Below, piece by piece: positions 50,281-62,453 of a stretch of DNA of 64,000 nucleotides (the stretch's first letter is position 1; every line of letters begins with the position of its first letter). The DNA is from Isurus oxyrinchus (lineage: Eukaryota): assembly GCA_026770705.1 (NCBI GenBank), contig JANJGN010000042.1, positions 2,356,001 through 2,420,000 of the forward strand, given 5' to 3'. The position numbers and the translations under genes are program-made. Below the pieces are notes generated by a model. It was given only the letters and a program-made list of their open reading frames with translations, had not been told where the DNA came from and did not search any database.

Positions 50281-52293
50281 TTAAAATAATGGAAATAGGT
50301 GGGAAAAGAAAAATCTATATAATTTATTGGAAAAAAAAGGGGGAAACATAAATGGGGTGGGGATGGGGGAGGGAGCTCTCGACTTAAAGTTGTTGAATTC
50401 AATATTCAGTCCGGAAGGCTGTAAGGTGCCTAGTCGGAAGATGAGGTGTTGTTCCTCCAGTTTGCGTTGGTCTTCACTGGAACAATGCAGCAAGCCAAGG
50501 ACAGACATGTGGGCAAGAGAGCAGGGTGGAGTGTTAAAATGGCAAGCGACAGGGAGGTTTGGGTCATTCTTGCGGACAGACCGCAGGTGTTCTGCAAAGC
50601 GGTCGCCCAGTTTACGTTTGGTCTCTCCAATGTAGAGGAGACCACATTGGGAGCAACGAATGCAGTAGACTAACTTGGGGGAAATGCAAGTGAAATGCTG
50701 CTTCACTTGAAAGGAGTGTTTGGGCCCTTGGACGGTGAGGAGAGAGGAAGTGAAGGGGCAGGTGTTACATCTTTTGCATGGGCATGGGGTGGTGCCAAAG
50801 GAGGGGGTTGAGGAGTAGGGGGTGATGGAGGAGTGGACCAAGGTTTCCCGGAGGGAGCGAGCCCTACGGAATGCCGATAAGGTGGGTGAAGGGAAGATGT
50901 GTTTGGTGGTGGCATCATGCTGGAGTTGGCGGAAATGACGGAGGATGATCCTTTGAATGCGGAGGCTGGTGGGGTAATAAGTGAGGACAAGGGGGACCCT
51001 ATCATGTTTCTGGGAGGGAGGAGAAGGCCTGAGGGCGGATGCACGGGAGATGGGCCGGACACGGTTGAGGGCCCTGTCAACGACCGTGGGTGGAAAACCT
51101 CGGTTAAGGAAGAAGGAGGACATGTCAGAGGAACCGTTTTTGAAGGTAGCATCATCGGAACAGATGCGACGAAGGCGAAGGAACTGGGAGAATGGGATGG
51201 AGTCCTTACAGGAAGCGGGGTGTGAGGAGCTGTAGTCGAGGTAGCTGTGGGAGTCGGTGGGTTTGTAATGGATATTGGTGGACAGTCTATCACCAGAGAT
51301 TGAGACAGAGAGGTCAAGGAAGGGAAGGGAAGTGTCAGAGATGGACCACGTGAAAATGATGGAGGGGTGGAGATTGGAAGCAAAATTAATACATTTTTCC
51401 ACGTCCCGACGAGAGCATGAAGCGGCACCGAAGTAATCATCGATGTACCGGAGAAAAAGTTGTGGAAGGGGGCCGGAGTAGGACTGCAACAAGGAATGTT
51501 CCACATACCCCATAAAGAGACAGGCATAGCTGGGGCCCATGTGGGTACCCATAGCCACACCTTTTATTTGGAGGAAGTGAGAGGAGTTGAAGGAGAAATT
51601 GTTCAGCGTGAGAACAAGTTCAGCCAGACTGAGGAGAGTAGTGATGGATGGGGATTGTTCGGGCCTCTGTTCGAGGAAGAAGCTAAGGGCCCTCAGACCA
51701 TCCTGGTGGGGGATGGAGGTGTAGAGGGATTGGACGTCCATGGTGAAGAGGAAGCGGTTGGGGCCAGGGAACTGGAAATTGTTGATGTGACGTAAGGTGT
51801 CAGAGGAATCACGGATGTAGGTGGGAAGGGACTGGACAAGGGGAGAGAGAAGGGAGTCAAGATAACGAGAAATGAGTTCTGTGGGGCAGGAGCAAGCTGA
51901 GACGATCGGTCTACCGGGGCAGTTCTGTTTCTGGATTTTGGGTAGGAGATAGAAGCGGGCCGTCCGAGGTTGGGCGACTATCAGGTTGGAAGCTGTGGGA
52001 GGGAGATCCCCGGAGGAGATGAGGTCAGTGACGGTCCTGGAAATAATGGCTTGATGTTCAGTGGTGGGGTCATGGTCCAGGGAGAGGTGGGAGGAAGTGT
52101 TTGCGAGTTGACGCTCAGCCTCTGCGATGTAGAGGTCAGTGCGCCAGACAACAACAGCACCACCCTTGTCTGCGGGTTTGATGACAATGTCAGGGTTGGA
52201 CCTGAGAGAATGGAGTGCAGTAAGTTCAGAGAGAGACAGGTTAGAATGGGTGAGAGGAGCAGAGAAATTGAGACGACTAATGTCGTGCCGACA
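50281..52293 (-). CDS. Penelope-like RT plus GIY-YIG endonuclease; frame open but 5'-truncated
   Basis: IKPADKGGAVVV, LLPKI.K..PGRPIVS, MDVQSLYT, GVAMGT, RYIDD, Cys knuckle, LVYCIRC..LYIGET. Confidence 0.9.
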   Translation of the reverse strand, partial: CRHDISRLNFSAPLTHSNLSLSELTALHSLRSNPDIVIKPADKGGAVVVWRTDLYIAEAERQLANTSSHLSLDHDPTTEHQAIISRTVTDLISSGDLPPTASNLIVAQPRTARFYLLPKIQKQNCPGRPIVSACSCPTELISRYLDSLLSPLVQSLPTYIRDSSDTLRHINNFQFPGPNRFLFTMDVQSLYTSIPHQDGLRALSFFLEQRPEQSPSITTLLSLAELVLTLNNFSFNSSHFLQIKGVAMGTHMGPSYACLFMGYVEHSLLQSYSGPLPQLFLRYIDDYFGAASCSRRDVEKCINFASNLHPSIIFTWSISDTSLPFLDLSVSISGDRLSTNIHYKPTDSHSYLDYSSSHPASCKDSIPFSQFLRLRRICSDDATFKNGSSDMSSFFLNRGFPPTVVDRALNRVRPISRASALRPSPPSQKHDRVPLVLTYYPTSLRIQRIILRHFRQLQHDATTKHIFPSPTLSAFRRARSLRETLVHSSITPYSSTPSFGTTPCPCKRCNTCPFTSSLLTVQGPKHSFQVKQHFTCISPKLVYCIRCSQCGLLYIGETKRKLGDRFAEHLRSVRKNDPNLPVACHFNTPPCSLAHMSVLGLLHCSSEDQRKLEEQHLIFRLGTLQPSGLNIEFNNFKSRAPSPIPTPFMFPPFFSNKLYRFFFSHLFPLF

Positions 52294-54469
52294 TTTTTCT
52301 CCCTCCACCTGGACCCCTCCCTCTGGATTCTTACCTTCTCTTGATCTTTCCATTGAGAACTGTCGGCGCGACATTAGTCGTCTCAATTTCTCTGCTCCTC
52401 TCACCCATTCTAACCTGTCTCTCTCTGAACTTACTGCACTCCATTCTCTCAGGTCCAACCCTGACATTGTCATCAAACCCGCAGACAAGGGTGGTGCTGT
52501 TGTTGTCTGGCGCACTGACCTCTACCTCACAGAGGCTGAGCGTCAACTCGCAGACACTTCCTCCTACCTCTCCCTGGATCATGACCCCACCACTGAACAT
52601 CAAGTCATTGTTTCCAGGACTGTCACTGACCTCATCTCCTCCGGGGATCTCCCTCCCACAGCTTCCAACCTGATAGTCGCCCAACCTCGGACGGCCCGCT
52701 TCTATCTCCTACCCAAAATCCACAAACAGAACTGCCCCGGTAGACCGATCGTCTCAGCTTGCTCCTGCCCCACAGAACTCATTTCTCGTTATCTTGACTC
52801 CCTTCTCTCTCCCTTTGTCCAGTCCCTTCCCACCTACATCCGTGATTCCTCTGACACCTTACGTCACATCAACAATTTCCAGTTCCCTGGCCCCAACCGC
52901 TTCCTCTTCACCATGAACGTCCAATCCCTCTACACCTCCATCCCCCACCAGGATGGTCTGAGGGCCATTAGCTTCTTCCTCGAACAGAGGCCCGAACAAT
53001 CCCCATCCACTACTACTCTCCTCAGTCTGGCTTAACTTGTTCTCACGCTGAACAATTTCTCCTTCAACTCCTCTCACTTCCTCCAAATAAAAGGTGTGGC
53101 TATGGGTACCCGCATGGGCCCCAGCTATGCCTGTCTCTTTATGGGGTATGTGGAACATTCCTTGTTGCAGTCCTACTCCGGCCCCCTTCTACAACTTTTT
53201 CTCCAGTACATCGATGATTACTTCGGTGCCGCTTCATGCTCTCGTCGGGACTTGGAAAAATGTATTAATTTTGCTTCCAATCTCCACCCCTCCATCATTT
53301 TCACGTGGTCCATCTCTGACACTTCCCTTCCCTTCCTTGACCTCTCTGTCTCAATCTCTGGTGATAGACTGTCCACCAATATCCATTACAAACCCACCGA
53401 CTCCCACAGCTACCTCGACTACAGCTCCTCACACCCCGCTTCCTGTAAGGACTCCATCCCATTCTCCCAGTTCCTTCGCCTTCGTCGCATCTGTTCCGAT
53501 GATGCTACCTTCAAAAACGGTTCCTCTGACATGTCCTCCTTCTTCCTTAACCGAGGTTTTCCACCCACGGTCTTTGACAGGGCCCTCAACCGTGTCCGGC
53601 CCATCTCCCGCGCATCCACCCTCACGCCTTCTCCTCCCTCCCAGAAACATAATAGGGTCCCCCTTGTCCTCACTTATCACCCCACCAGCCTCCGCATTCA
53701 AAGGACCATCCTCCGCCATTTCTGCCAACTCCAGCATGATGCCACCACCAAACACATCTTCCCTTCACCCACCTTGTCGGCATTCCGTAGGGATCGCTCC
53801 CTCCGGGACACCCTGGTCCACTCCTCCATCACCCCCTACTCCTCAACCCCCTCCTATGGCACCACCCCATGCCCACGCAAAAGATGTAACACCTGCCCCT
53901 TCACTTCCTCTCTCCTCACCGTCCAAGGGCCCAAACACTCCTTTCAAGTGAAGCAGCATTTCACTTGCATTTCCCCCAAGTTAGTCTACTGCATTCGTTG
54001 CTCCCAATGTGGTCTCCTCTACATTGGAGAGACCAAACTTAAACTGGGCGACCGCTTTGCAGAACATCTGCGGTCTGTCTGCAAGAATGACCCAAACCTC
54101 CCTGTCGCTTGCCATTTTAACACTCCACCCTGGTCTCTTGCCCACATGTCTGTCCTTGGCTTGCTGCATTGTTCCAGTGAAGACCAACGCAAACTGGAGG
54201 AACAACACCTCATCTTCCGACTAGGCACCTTACAGCCTTCCGGACTGAATATTGAATTCAACAACTTTAGGTCGAGAGCTCCCTCCCCCATCCCCACCCC
54301 ATTTATGTTTCCCCCTTTTTTTTCCAATAAATTATATAGATTTTTCTTTTCCCACCTATTTCCATTATTTTTAAATATTTTAAAATCTTTTATGCTCTCC
54401 CCACCCCCATTAGAGCTATACCTTGAGTGCCCTACCATCCATTCTTACTTAGCACATTCGTTTAGATAA
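52294..54469 (+). pseudogene. Penelope-like RT plus GIY-YIG, 5'-truncated, in-frame TAA at 53033-53035
   Basis: Same motifs as the left arm; GAA>TAA nonsense change and D>N in the first RT aspartate motif (MNVQSLY). Confidence 0.92.
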
Positions 54470-54669
54470 TATCACCAACTTTAACTTTAACACCTATGTG
54501 TTCTATTGTACCATTGTCGTTGACATCTTTTGATGATCTGCTTCTATCACTGCTTGTTTGTTCACACAACCACAACCCCCACCCACCTCTCTCTCTCTCT
54601 ATCTCTCCGCCCCCCACACACACACCTTAAACCAGCTTATATTTCAACCTTTTCTTGGACTCGAACTCA

Positions 54670-54708
54670 AGTTCTGTCGAAGGGTCATGAGGACTCGAAA
54701 CGTCAACT
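54670..54708 (+). ncRNA. Minimal hammerhead-ribozyme-like motif in the Penelope terminal repeat (mirror copy 49970-50008, minus strand)
   Basis: AGTT-CTGTCGA-A-GGGTC-ATGAG-GACTC-GAAA-CGTC-AACT: 4-bp stem I, 5-bp stem II, palindromic ACGT stem III; core deviates (U at position A6). Confidence 0.65.
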
Positions 54709-55284
54709 CTTTTCTTCTCCGCCGAAGCTGCCAGACCTGCTGAGTTTTTCCAGGTAATTCTGTTTTTGTTTTGGATTTCCAGCATCCGCAGTTTTTTTTG
54801 TTTTAATTTTTTCGAAAGCTGCGTAAGAATCCCCAGTCTAGCTCTTCATGTCACTGCATCAGGGGAACTTTGTTAATGTTCACACACTGAGCATGGACAC
54901 GGCAGCAGCTCCTGCGCCTCTTCCAATATTGTTTTTCGTAACTCAGAGTTTTCGAAAGGGAATTGGATAATGACTTGAAAGGGAGAAAAACGATCAGGAT
55001 GATGGAGAAAGAGAAGGAAATTGAGACTAATTGGAAAGAACATTGTAAAAAACTGATATTGATATGATGGTTTAAATGGTCTCCTCGCACACTCTGCCAT
55101 TTTGTGATGACAACACCAGATTAATTTGATGACAACATTTCTAAATTTGTCAACCGAATTCCATTTCTGTAAAACAAAGATGCAAAGTGCGGCTGAAGGA
55201 CCTCACAGTTTAACATAGTGTGCAGGTGCCTCTGGCTTTGTCAGGTATTGTTCTGTAGGGGAGTGGTTTTCACATGTGCATGGA

Positions 55285-55600
55285 ATCACCAAGCCTCCTT
55301 AGACAGAACCTTCCAAGCCCACGACAATTACCATCTAGAAAAACAAGGGCAGCAAATAGATGGGAACATGACCATTTGGAATTTCTCCTGCAAGGCACTC
55401 ACCCTCTTGACTTGGAAATATGTCGCTGTTGCTGGGTCAAAATCCTGGAACTCCCTTCCTAACAGCACTCTGGGTGTACCGACACCACAAAGACTGCTGA
55501 GTTTCAAGAAGGCAGCTCAGCAGCACCTTCTGAAGGGACAATGGGATGGGCAATAAATGCTGGCCCAGCCAGCGAAGCCCACATCCCGAGAATGAATTAC
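55285..55600 (+). mobile_element. LINE 3'-end fragment
   Basis: Same family as 46420-46915; ends GGGCAATAAATGCTGGCCCAGCC..GAATGAAT. Confidence 0.8.
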
Positions 55601-56105
55601 AAACTGTCTGCAGAATTAATCATAAATCTTCTTCTCATCCGTGTCACTCAAAGTTATTTTAGTTGCAAACATTCACTAAATTTGGAGTCTGAAACGGAAC
55701 AATCATTGACCAATTTGATGACACCGTTGTTTTCTGGGTCTTTGTCTCTCCTTAGGCCTCTGTCACTCTCGGTGTACATGTCTGTGTGTGCTCCTCTCTG
55801 TGTGTCAATGTGATTCAGTCCCCCGAGGGGTTGAACACATTTTTTCCCACCACAAACGTTTTACACATTGGTTGTGCAGATTCACATTACAATGCAACAG
55901 AGAAAAGTATCAAGATGAAAGAGGAAATTGCAATGTTCTTGCATCCCATTTCTTAACCTCTGCGTTTGCTCTGTTGGCATTCCCAGCTGTGGTACCAAAT
56001 TCCAGCTCTTGCTCCATTCATTCTGGTAGAGGTGATATGCAGGATTTCTGCATGTGCTATTACTCAGGGTCATCCCAGCACTTCGCCAAGGTTATTAAAT
56101 CACTG

Positions 56106-56177
56106 CTCCTTCATCAGGAATTGAACCCACGCCCTGACTATGAAAGCGCAGAATCCTAGCTATTGGGCCACCAAGGA
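56106..56177 (-). pseudogene. tRNA-Glu(TTC) pseudogene
   Basis: TCCTTGGTGGCCCAATAGCTAGGATTCTGCGCTTTCA..GGGTTCAATTCC; stems disrupted. Confidence 0.8.
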
Positions 56178-57380
56178 AGGTGCTCACAAGCCTCACAACC
56201 TGGGTAAGCCATGCTGTCTGTGCCTTTTATTTTCATTTCCGACCTCTTTCATTAGAGGAACGTTTCTCCCCCAAATTGACACGTTTATATAAAACACAAA
56301 CAACATCCATTGTCAGACAGTTCCGGGTTGTTATTGGGTCCTTAAGCGACAAAGAGAAAATAATCCAACTCTCCTGTTGCTCAGCGGGTTCCAACAGCAG
56401 TGTTTTTTTATCTGAATATAAATGTAAAATATAATTTAACAACTGACCAACCAGGTACCTACAAATCTATGAAGTTATTGGATCAAATAGATCCGTTAAT
56501 GATTCTCTCTTCCTCAGCTCCGCAGTGAGTGAGACAGGGAAAAGCAGAAAAGCAGCAACATTCTGGCCCCGCACTCTCCAATCACCCGCTGCCAGCAAAC
56601 AGATACACTCACTTTCCTGAGTGTTTATTCTGTGAAATGGTGAAGGGCGAATCTAAGACGCTTGTAATATACTGCGCTCAGTTAATATCCACCAACAAAC
56701 AGGAACAAGGCGGCTTTCCTCTCACTTAAAAGGGCAAGTTTTGATAATGCTTCTGCATTAATAACTTATATTGATAAAGCGCATTTAATCTGTTGAAACG
56801 TCACAAGGCGTCCCCCGTGAATATTATATAATAAAGTGTGACACCGAGCCTCATATTCGATCAGAATACTAAAAGCTCGGTCAAAGGGGGAGGCTTTAAC
56901 AACTGTCTTAAAGGAGCAAGGTATCGATTTAATGTTCCAGCTAACAGCAATAGTTCTTCTCATTGGCGAAAGAAGTCTCCTGTGTTCAACCTAAACAGAC
57001 CAATTAGTCGGAGAAAGTTCTGCCTGGTGAAAAGATCGGGAATGAAAAGAAAAAATGGAAAGTAACCTCTAAATGCCAAATGTCAAACCTTTCTGGTACT
57101 TTCCCTTATGTCTCATGACTGGGGATCGGCGCTTCCATTGGCCCACAGCGAACAGGGTGGAGGGTTTGGAAATTGAAAGTTACGCATGAGCAGCTTGTGG
57201 GACTATTTCACCTCACTGTCGGGTTCATGTTCCAGCTCACAGAAACCGTTGTTTTCATTGGCTGAAGAATTCGTTTGTGTTTAGGCTAAACAGGCAGTTT
57301 TGTGGTGAAAGAGATCTGAACTGAAAAACAATAGGCAAAAGCAGCGTAGATAAGCCAAATCGAAAAGCATTTTGATCGAT

Positions 57381-57452
57381 TCCTTGGTTGTCTAGTGGTT
57401 AGGATTCGGCGCTTTAAGCACCACGGCCGGGGTTCGATTTCCAGTCAGGGAA
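57381..57452 (+). pseudogene. tRNA-Glu-derived pseudogene (anticodon now TTA)
   Basis: TCCTTGGTTGTCTAGTGGTTAGGATTCGGCGCTTTAAGCACCA..GGTTCGATTTCCAGTCAGGGAA; two mismatches in the anticodon stem. Confidence 0.85.
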
Positions 57453-58447
57453 TGAAGGTTTGTTGAGTGTGGTCAATTTCTATTTGCGAACAGCTCCACC
57501 GAGAGTTAAAAGCTTAGCCTCACAGCAAGAAATACCACACTTCGAATAAGTCGCGAACAAACAGAAAAGAAGAAGGGCTGGTTGCAAGGCGAAATATCGG
57601 TGGGAGAAGGATGATTGTTACTGTCTCCTATTTGCACCGGCACAAATATCACTTCTGATCAATCAACTCCGCTTTGAAAGCAGCGCGCCGGGCCCAATGG
57701 GCGCTTTCTATGCTGTAATTATCTATAATGTTATGTTTCCCAACACCGCCAACACTGCCTTTTTATAACCCACTCTAGATAAGTGAGCTTTCTTACCTTG
57801 TATTCGGCTCTTTTGAAACCAAAACACGGAGCAAATTCAGCGAGTTTTCTTGTCATTTCCAGCACGAGATTAGTCACGAGACTAAATGAGCGACACATTA
57901 ATGGTGCCGATCCTTCACTGGAGCTCACAGTGTCCAAAGTGTACTGTTATCATCAGCCTGTTAGGCACCTTCCTGCAATACATCTGCTGAACAATATAAG
58001 CTTATCACAGCTCTGCTTTCTTCACATTGAAATCCAGTGTAAAAAATGTGAACAACTTCAAAGCTGATTAACGTAGACAAGACTGGAAGGAGAGTGTGAC
58101 TGTTGACAATCGGCACTGTGCACATTCCTGTAATCCTTACCTGGGGGAATCAGGAAGATTAGATCATGGTGTCTTTTTACTCTATGGTCTGCAAACTTAT
58201 CGTCTTGTGTCTTACATTCCCACGAACTGACTGTGTCTGCATCAAGCAACTAATTGACCCGGAAGCTGTACGGGCAGAGGGAGCTGGAGGCGACACAGGG
58301 ACAGAAGCAGAAAGAAACGCGACATGAAAATGTTTTGAATTTGATGTCTGTCAGTTGGTGCCAGTGGTGAATATCTGCCTTGCCGGTGCCACTGAATGAG
58401 GTTGTGTTTTTTTTGTTTTAGAGCAGCAAAATTGAAAGTGACAACAG

Positions 58448-58520
58448 CCCCCAGCGTGGGGCTCCAAGACCTGACCCTGAAATTAAGCGTTTTATATTCT
58501 GTTGACTGAGGTAGCCGGGA
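58448..58520 (-). pseudogene. tRNA-Lys(CTT) pseudogene
   Basis: TCCCGGCTACCTCAGTC..CTTAATTTCAGGGTC..GAGCCCCACGCTGGG is colinear with the Lys-CTT consensus. Confidence 0.75.
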
Positions 58521-59824
58521 ATGGGGGAAGGGATCCTTCATATCCCAACACATATGGCGACAGACGTGTTTTTCTCACCAGGAGCCTCAGCTTGTTCTGA
58601 ATCTGAGTGTAGAAGGGAATCGACCTACAAAAGCCCCAAGGTTGCAATGCATTCCTCTCAATCGCAGTAACATCGTTCACATCTTCCACTTCTTAGTTAG
58701 ACCTCGTTCCAAAAATTTCAAACTCTCTTTAATTTTTCATCCTCACATTTTTCTCTAACATTTTAACATGAAGTTGTGCAACTAATTTAAATAAAGTTAG
58801 TGATGGTAAAAATGTGTTCACCCCTCGGGGAACTGACTCATATTGACACACACAGAGGAACAGACACAAACATATGCACCGAGGGTGACAGAGGGCAAGG
58901 GTTTGTCTCTAAGGAGAGGCAAATATCCATAAAGCAAGCATGACACCAAGTTTTATTCCAGTTCCAAGTTTCATGATTGTTTTCGTGAACGAACAAATAG
59001 AAAAAAAACCAAGTGTTTGTATGGATTTTATTGAATTCAACCGATAATTAACTCTGTAGACACATTTTAAACCAGGAATAATGACAAGTGGGAATCTCAA
59101 TGGACTTGGGCTCCATCACCTAAATCAATCGACCACGACAACTGGCCCTGTGCACAGGTTAATGTTGATGGTATAAAATCATAAATATCTACAGCAGAGG
59201 AAGATGACATTCTGCCCATCGTGACAATGCCAGCTGATGGCAAAAGGAATACAGCTAATTTGATAACCCCACATTTTCTCTACTGCAATTTAAATTGATA
59301 TTGTCTCTCCTCCCTCTTCCTGTTAAAATGAAGCATGACAGGCATCTATTTTGACAGTGAGCTGGCACCTTTTACATGTTTCGCGTTTGTAGTTGCATGT
59401 TAAGTGAATGTAATATATCTCAGTCACATTACATTTCCTCTTCACCATTTCACAGGATAAATCCTCAGCAAAGTGAGAAAATCTTTCAGCTGGCAGCGGG
59501 TGATTGGAGAGTGGGGGGCCGGAATATTGCTACTTTTCTGCTTTTCTCTGTCTCGCTCACTGTGGAGCCGAGAAAGAAAGAATCATTGACGGGTTTGTTG
59601 GACTCCAATAATTTCACACGTGTCTATTGAGTTAGGTGTAATTATATAGTCGTTTATTGTTTTTTATTGTGTTTGAAATGAACATTCAAAACAAAAACAT
59701 CGGTGTGGGAACACACTGGTTAAGGGTAAAGTTTGTGGAATAATTCCTTGCAGCTCAAGTAGCCAATGAGAGCCCGGAACTGTGTGACAATGAAAGCTGA
59801 TAGGGAAAAATAGCTTGACACTTT

Positions 59825-59898
59825 TGTCTCTGGGTGGTTTTGAACCATCAACTTTTTGCTTAACAGTTGAATGCGATAAACAATTGTGCCACAGAGAC
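59825..59898 (-). pseudogene. tRNA-Asn(GTT) pseudogene
   Basis: GTCTCTGTGGCACAAT..CTGTTAA..GGTTCAAAACCACCCAGAGACA; mostly CpG-type decay. Confidence 0.85.
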
Positions 59899-59981
59899 AG
59901 ACGTAAGGCTGACTTGCCAACTTTCCTAAACCAGGGTGTCAGTTAATTTAAGCTTCAGATTGCTGCTACCGGGATGACAAT

Positions 59982-60119
59982 CCTAGTTCTGTTGAAGGGT
60001 CATGAGCACTCGAAACATCAACTCTTTTCTTCTCCGCCGATGCTGCCAGACCTGCTGAGTTTTTCCAGGTTATTCTGTTTTTGTTTTGGATTTCCAGCAT
60101 CCGCAGTTTTTTTGTTTTT
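59982..60119 (+). mobile_element. Solo 3'-terminal Penelope fragment
   Basis: Near identical to 54670-54802; 8-bp direct repeat ATGACAAT at 59974-81 and 60120-27. Confidence 0.9.
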
Positions 60120-61257
60120 ATGACAATTGTTCTGTTCACTTTTACTCTTCCAAAATAAATGGAGGGACTTTCACTGTGGATACATGGAAACAGTCTGATC
60201 CCACCCACTGCTGACACATCCATATCACCAGGACCGTGCTCTCTGACAACCGGTGCCGTCTTCTTTCCAGCCTTTCGGTGTCTTGTCTGTTACCAAGTAT
60301 TCTGATTGTCCTGACGCCGCTGTTAGGTTGGAGTTCCTGATGTGCAGTAACGAGAATCATTTCAATCTCTCAGGTCAGTTAATTTCACTGATAACTTCAG
60401 AGTCAATGTTCCAGCGTCTTAAAGAAGGGAAAGGTGCCTTTAATGTCTCTGGTGAGTCGAACAGATCACCCTTCATTCTCCTCTGATTCTGGTTCCCAAA
60501 GAGTTTCTAAAGATTCACAAAGCTGGAGACTGGGTTTGCTGTTTTGGTTCCTTCTCCATTTTCCCACCTGCCAACTGACAATATTTTCCAAATATTGAGG
60601 AGACAGAAAAGCCTTGAGACACAATTAGATCAGCCATGATCTTACTGAATGGCGGAGCAGGTTCAAAGGGCTGAATGGCCTCCTCCTGATCCTCATTCCT
60701 CTCTTTCCTGTGACACAGCCCGAATCACTCCTGACTTTAGCAAACTGCCTTCGGAATTAATGATCAGTTAAATGAAATAAAAACCATTCAACTATTTCCG
60801 TGTTTCTTATTTCCGTTCCTCTGCAAACATTCACTAAATTTGCAAGCTGAAATGGAACAATAATTGGCCAAGTTGGTGACATCCTTGTCTTCTGGGTGTT
60901 TGTCACTCTCAGTGTAAAGGTCTGTGTGTGTCAATGTGCTTCAGTTCCCCGAGGGGTTGAACACATTTTCACCATCACAAGCTTGATTCATATTGGTTGT
61001 GCAGTTTCATACTAAAATGTTACAGAGACAATATCAAGATGAAAGATTGAAGAGGGGTTTGCAATGTTTGGAAGGAGGTGCAGCTAAGAAGTGGAAGATG
61101 TGAATGATGTTATTGATGATTGAGAGGAATGTATTGCAAACTTGGGGCTTTTGGTGGTCGATCACCTTTGAAATTCAGAACAAGCTGAGGCTTGAGGTCT
61201 ATAACAGCAGTGATCTCCAAGGATGTTGGGATGTGCAATACTTCGCTCTTCTTACAT

Positions 61258-61330
61258 GCCTGGCGAGTTCAGTCGACAGCGTCTGAGATTCTTAATGCCA
61301 GGTTGTTGGGTTTGCGACCTGTGCTCGACG
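61258..61330 (+). pseudogene. tRNA-Lys(CTT) pseudogene, heavily decayed
   Basis: GCCTGGCGAGTTCAGTCG..TGAGATTCTTAAT..CAGG; lies within an inverted paralog of the 58.4-58.9 kb block. Confidence 0.65.
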
Positions 61331-61609
61331 AAATTCCCTTTTTAAACTTTGCTGCTTTCATGGGTGATCCCCAGGTCTCCATTCCTCCGGCAGTGTCACC
61401 GCTCAAACTGAGTCTTTCTCCATCCTGCTTTGTTAATATCACAGCTGCTGGCTTCTGAGTGAAAACTGCTCTCTGCGTCATTGAAAGTCAGAGTATTTAA
61501 TTCTGAGCATTTGGTGCTTTCACCGCTGCAGCCTAGGTTTAATTCCCCTACAGGAAAAAACCTTTTCCTTTCCATTGTGTGAACTATCACAATGAACAGG
61601 AATTCCTTA

Positions 61610-61840
61610 CTGAATGAAACCAGGTCTGGCAGCGTCTGTGGAGTGAGAAACAGAGATAATCTTCCAGCTGGATGATCTTTCATCAGAGCTGGAAAAGTCA
61701 GAGATGTAACAGGTGGAAAACAAGTCGAGAGGCGGTGGGAGGGGAATGAAAGGACAAAAGGGAAGGACTGTGATAGGTTACAAGGCATGAGAGAGAAACA
61801 GACTAAAAGGATGATGGTGCAAAATGTGGGTGGGAATGGG
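61610..61840 (-). mobile_element. Decayed Penelope-type terminal fragment
   Basis: CAGGTCTGGCAGCGTCTGTGGAG..; CTGATGA core on the minus strand near 61680. Confidence 0.6.
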
Positions 61841-62420
61841 ACAGATTTTTCTTCCTGCCGTTCAAACTGGGACAAATATCACTGATCAACCAATAACAAC
61901 TGCTCTTTCAAAGCAGTGCGCCGGGCTGCATGGCCTCTTTCTGTGCTGCAATTTTCTATAATTATTTCATTTCTATCCTCACTGCTGCTGCCTTCACAGT
62001 CATTCTATCATCTTACAACCCTATCCAGTAAAATCCACCTTCTTCCCTTGTGTTCAGCACCTTTAAGGTCATGGGACTGAGTAAATTCAGTGGGAAATTT
62101 CCTTCTCATTTAGCACGAGATTTGGAAACAGGTCTGGGAAATATTTGTGTCATTGCAAACAATACAATCTCCACTATCACCTCTACATTTTCCCATGCAC
62201 CACCATTTCTATGGTCACTGCTTTTCAGCCTATCACAGCCCTTCTCTGATTCCCTACCTTCACCTCTGTGTTTGTTCCCGACCTGTTGCACAGGTGACAT
62301 TTTCGGCTCTGATGCAAAACTCCAGCTCTCACTCCACTGATTCAGGCGGAGCTGATATGCGTTTTCAGTTTTCAGTCAGGAAGTAATGCACATTTATTTT
62401 AATCATTCGCATGACATTTA

Positions 62421-62453
62421 TAAGCGCCAAATCCTAACCACTAGACCCCAAGG
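62421..62453 (-). pseudogene. 5' half of a tRNA-Glu gene
   Basis: CCTTGGGGTCTAGTGGTTAGGATTTGGCGCTT; upstream flank is paralogous to that of the 56106-56177 copy. Confidence 0.75.

Larger units (their letters stand above)
49910..54802. mobile_element. Penelope-like retroelement: two 5'-truncated copies head-to-head in one insertion
   Basis: Arms about 49907-52293 (-) and 52361-54772 (+) are reverse complements; 15-bp direct repeat TTAATTTTTTCGAAA at 49895-49909 and 54803-54817. Confidence 0.96.

Noticed and set aside
52139-52515. Shared N-terminus MRQTTTAPPLSAG.. of the 744-aa and 298-aa ORFs as a real protein start
   Set aside because: It is the antisense reading of the opposite palindrome arm; both element copies are 5'-truncated near the centre.
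50703-53951. 285-aa Pro/Ser-rich ORFs as separate genes
   Set aside because: Alternative frames of the C-rich Penelope ORF, duplicated by the palindrome.
57381-57452. Functional ochre-suppressor tRNA (anticodon TTA)
   Set aside because: Two mismatches in the anticodon stem plus T-stem defects; a decayed tRNA-Glu.
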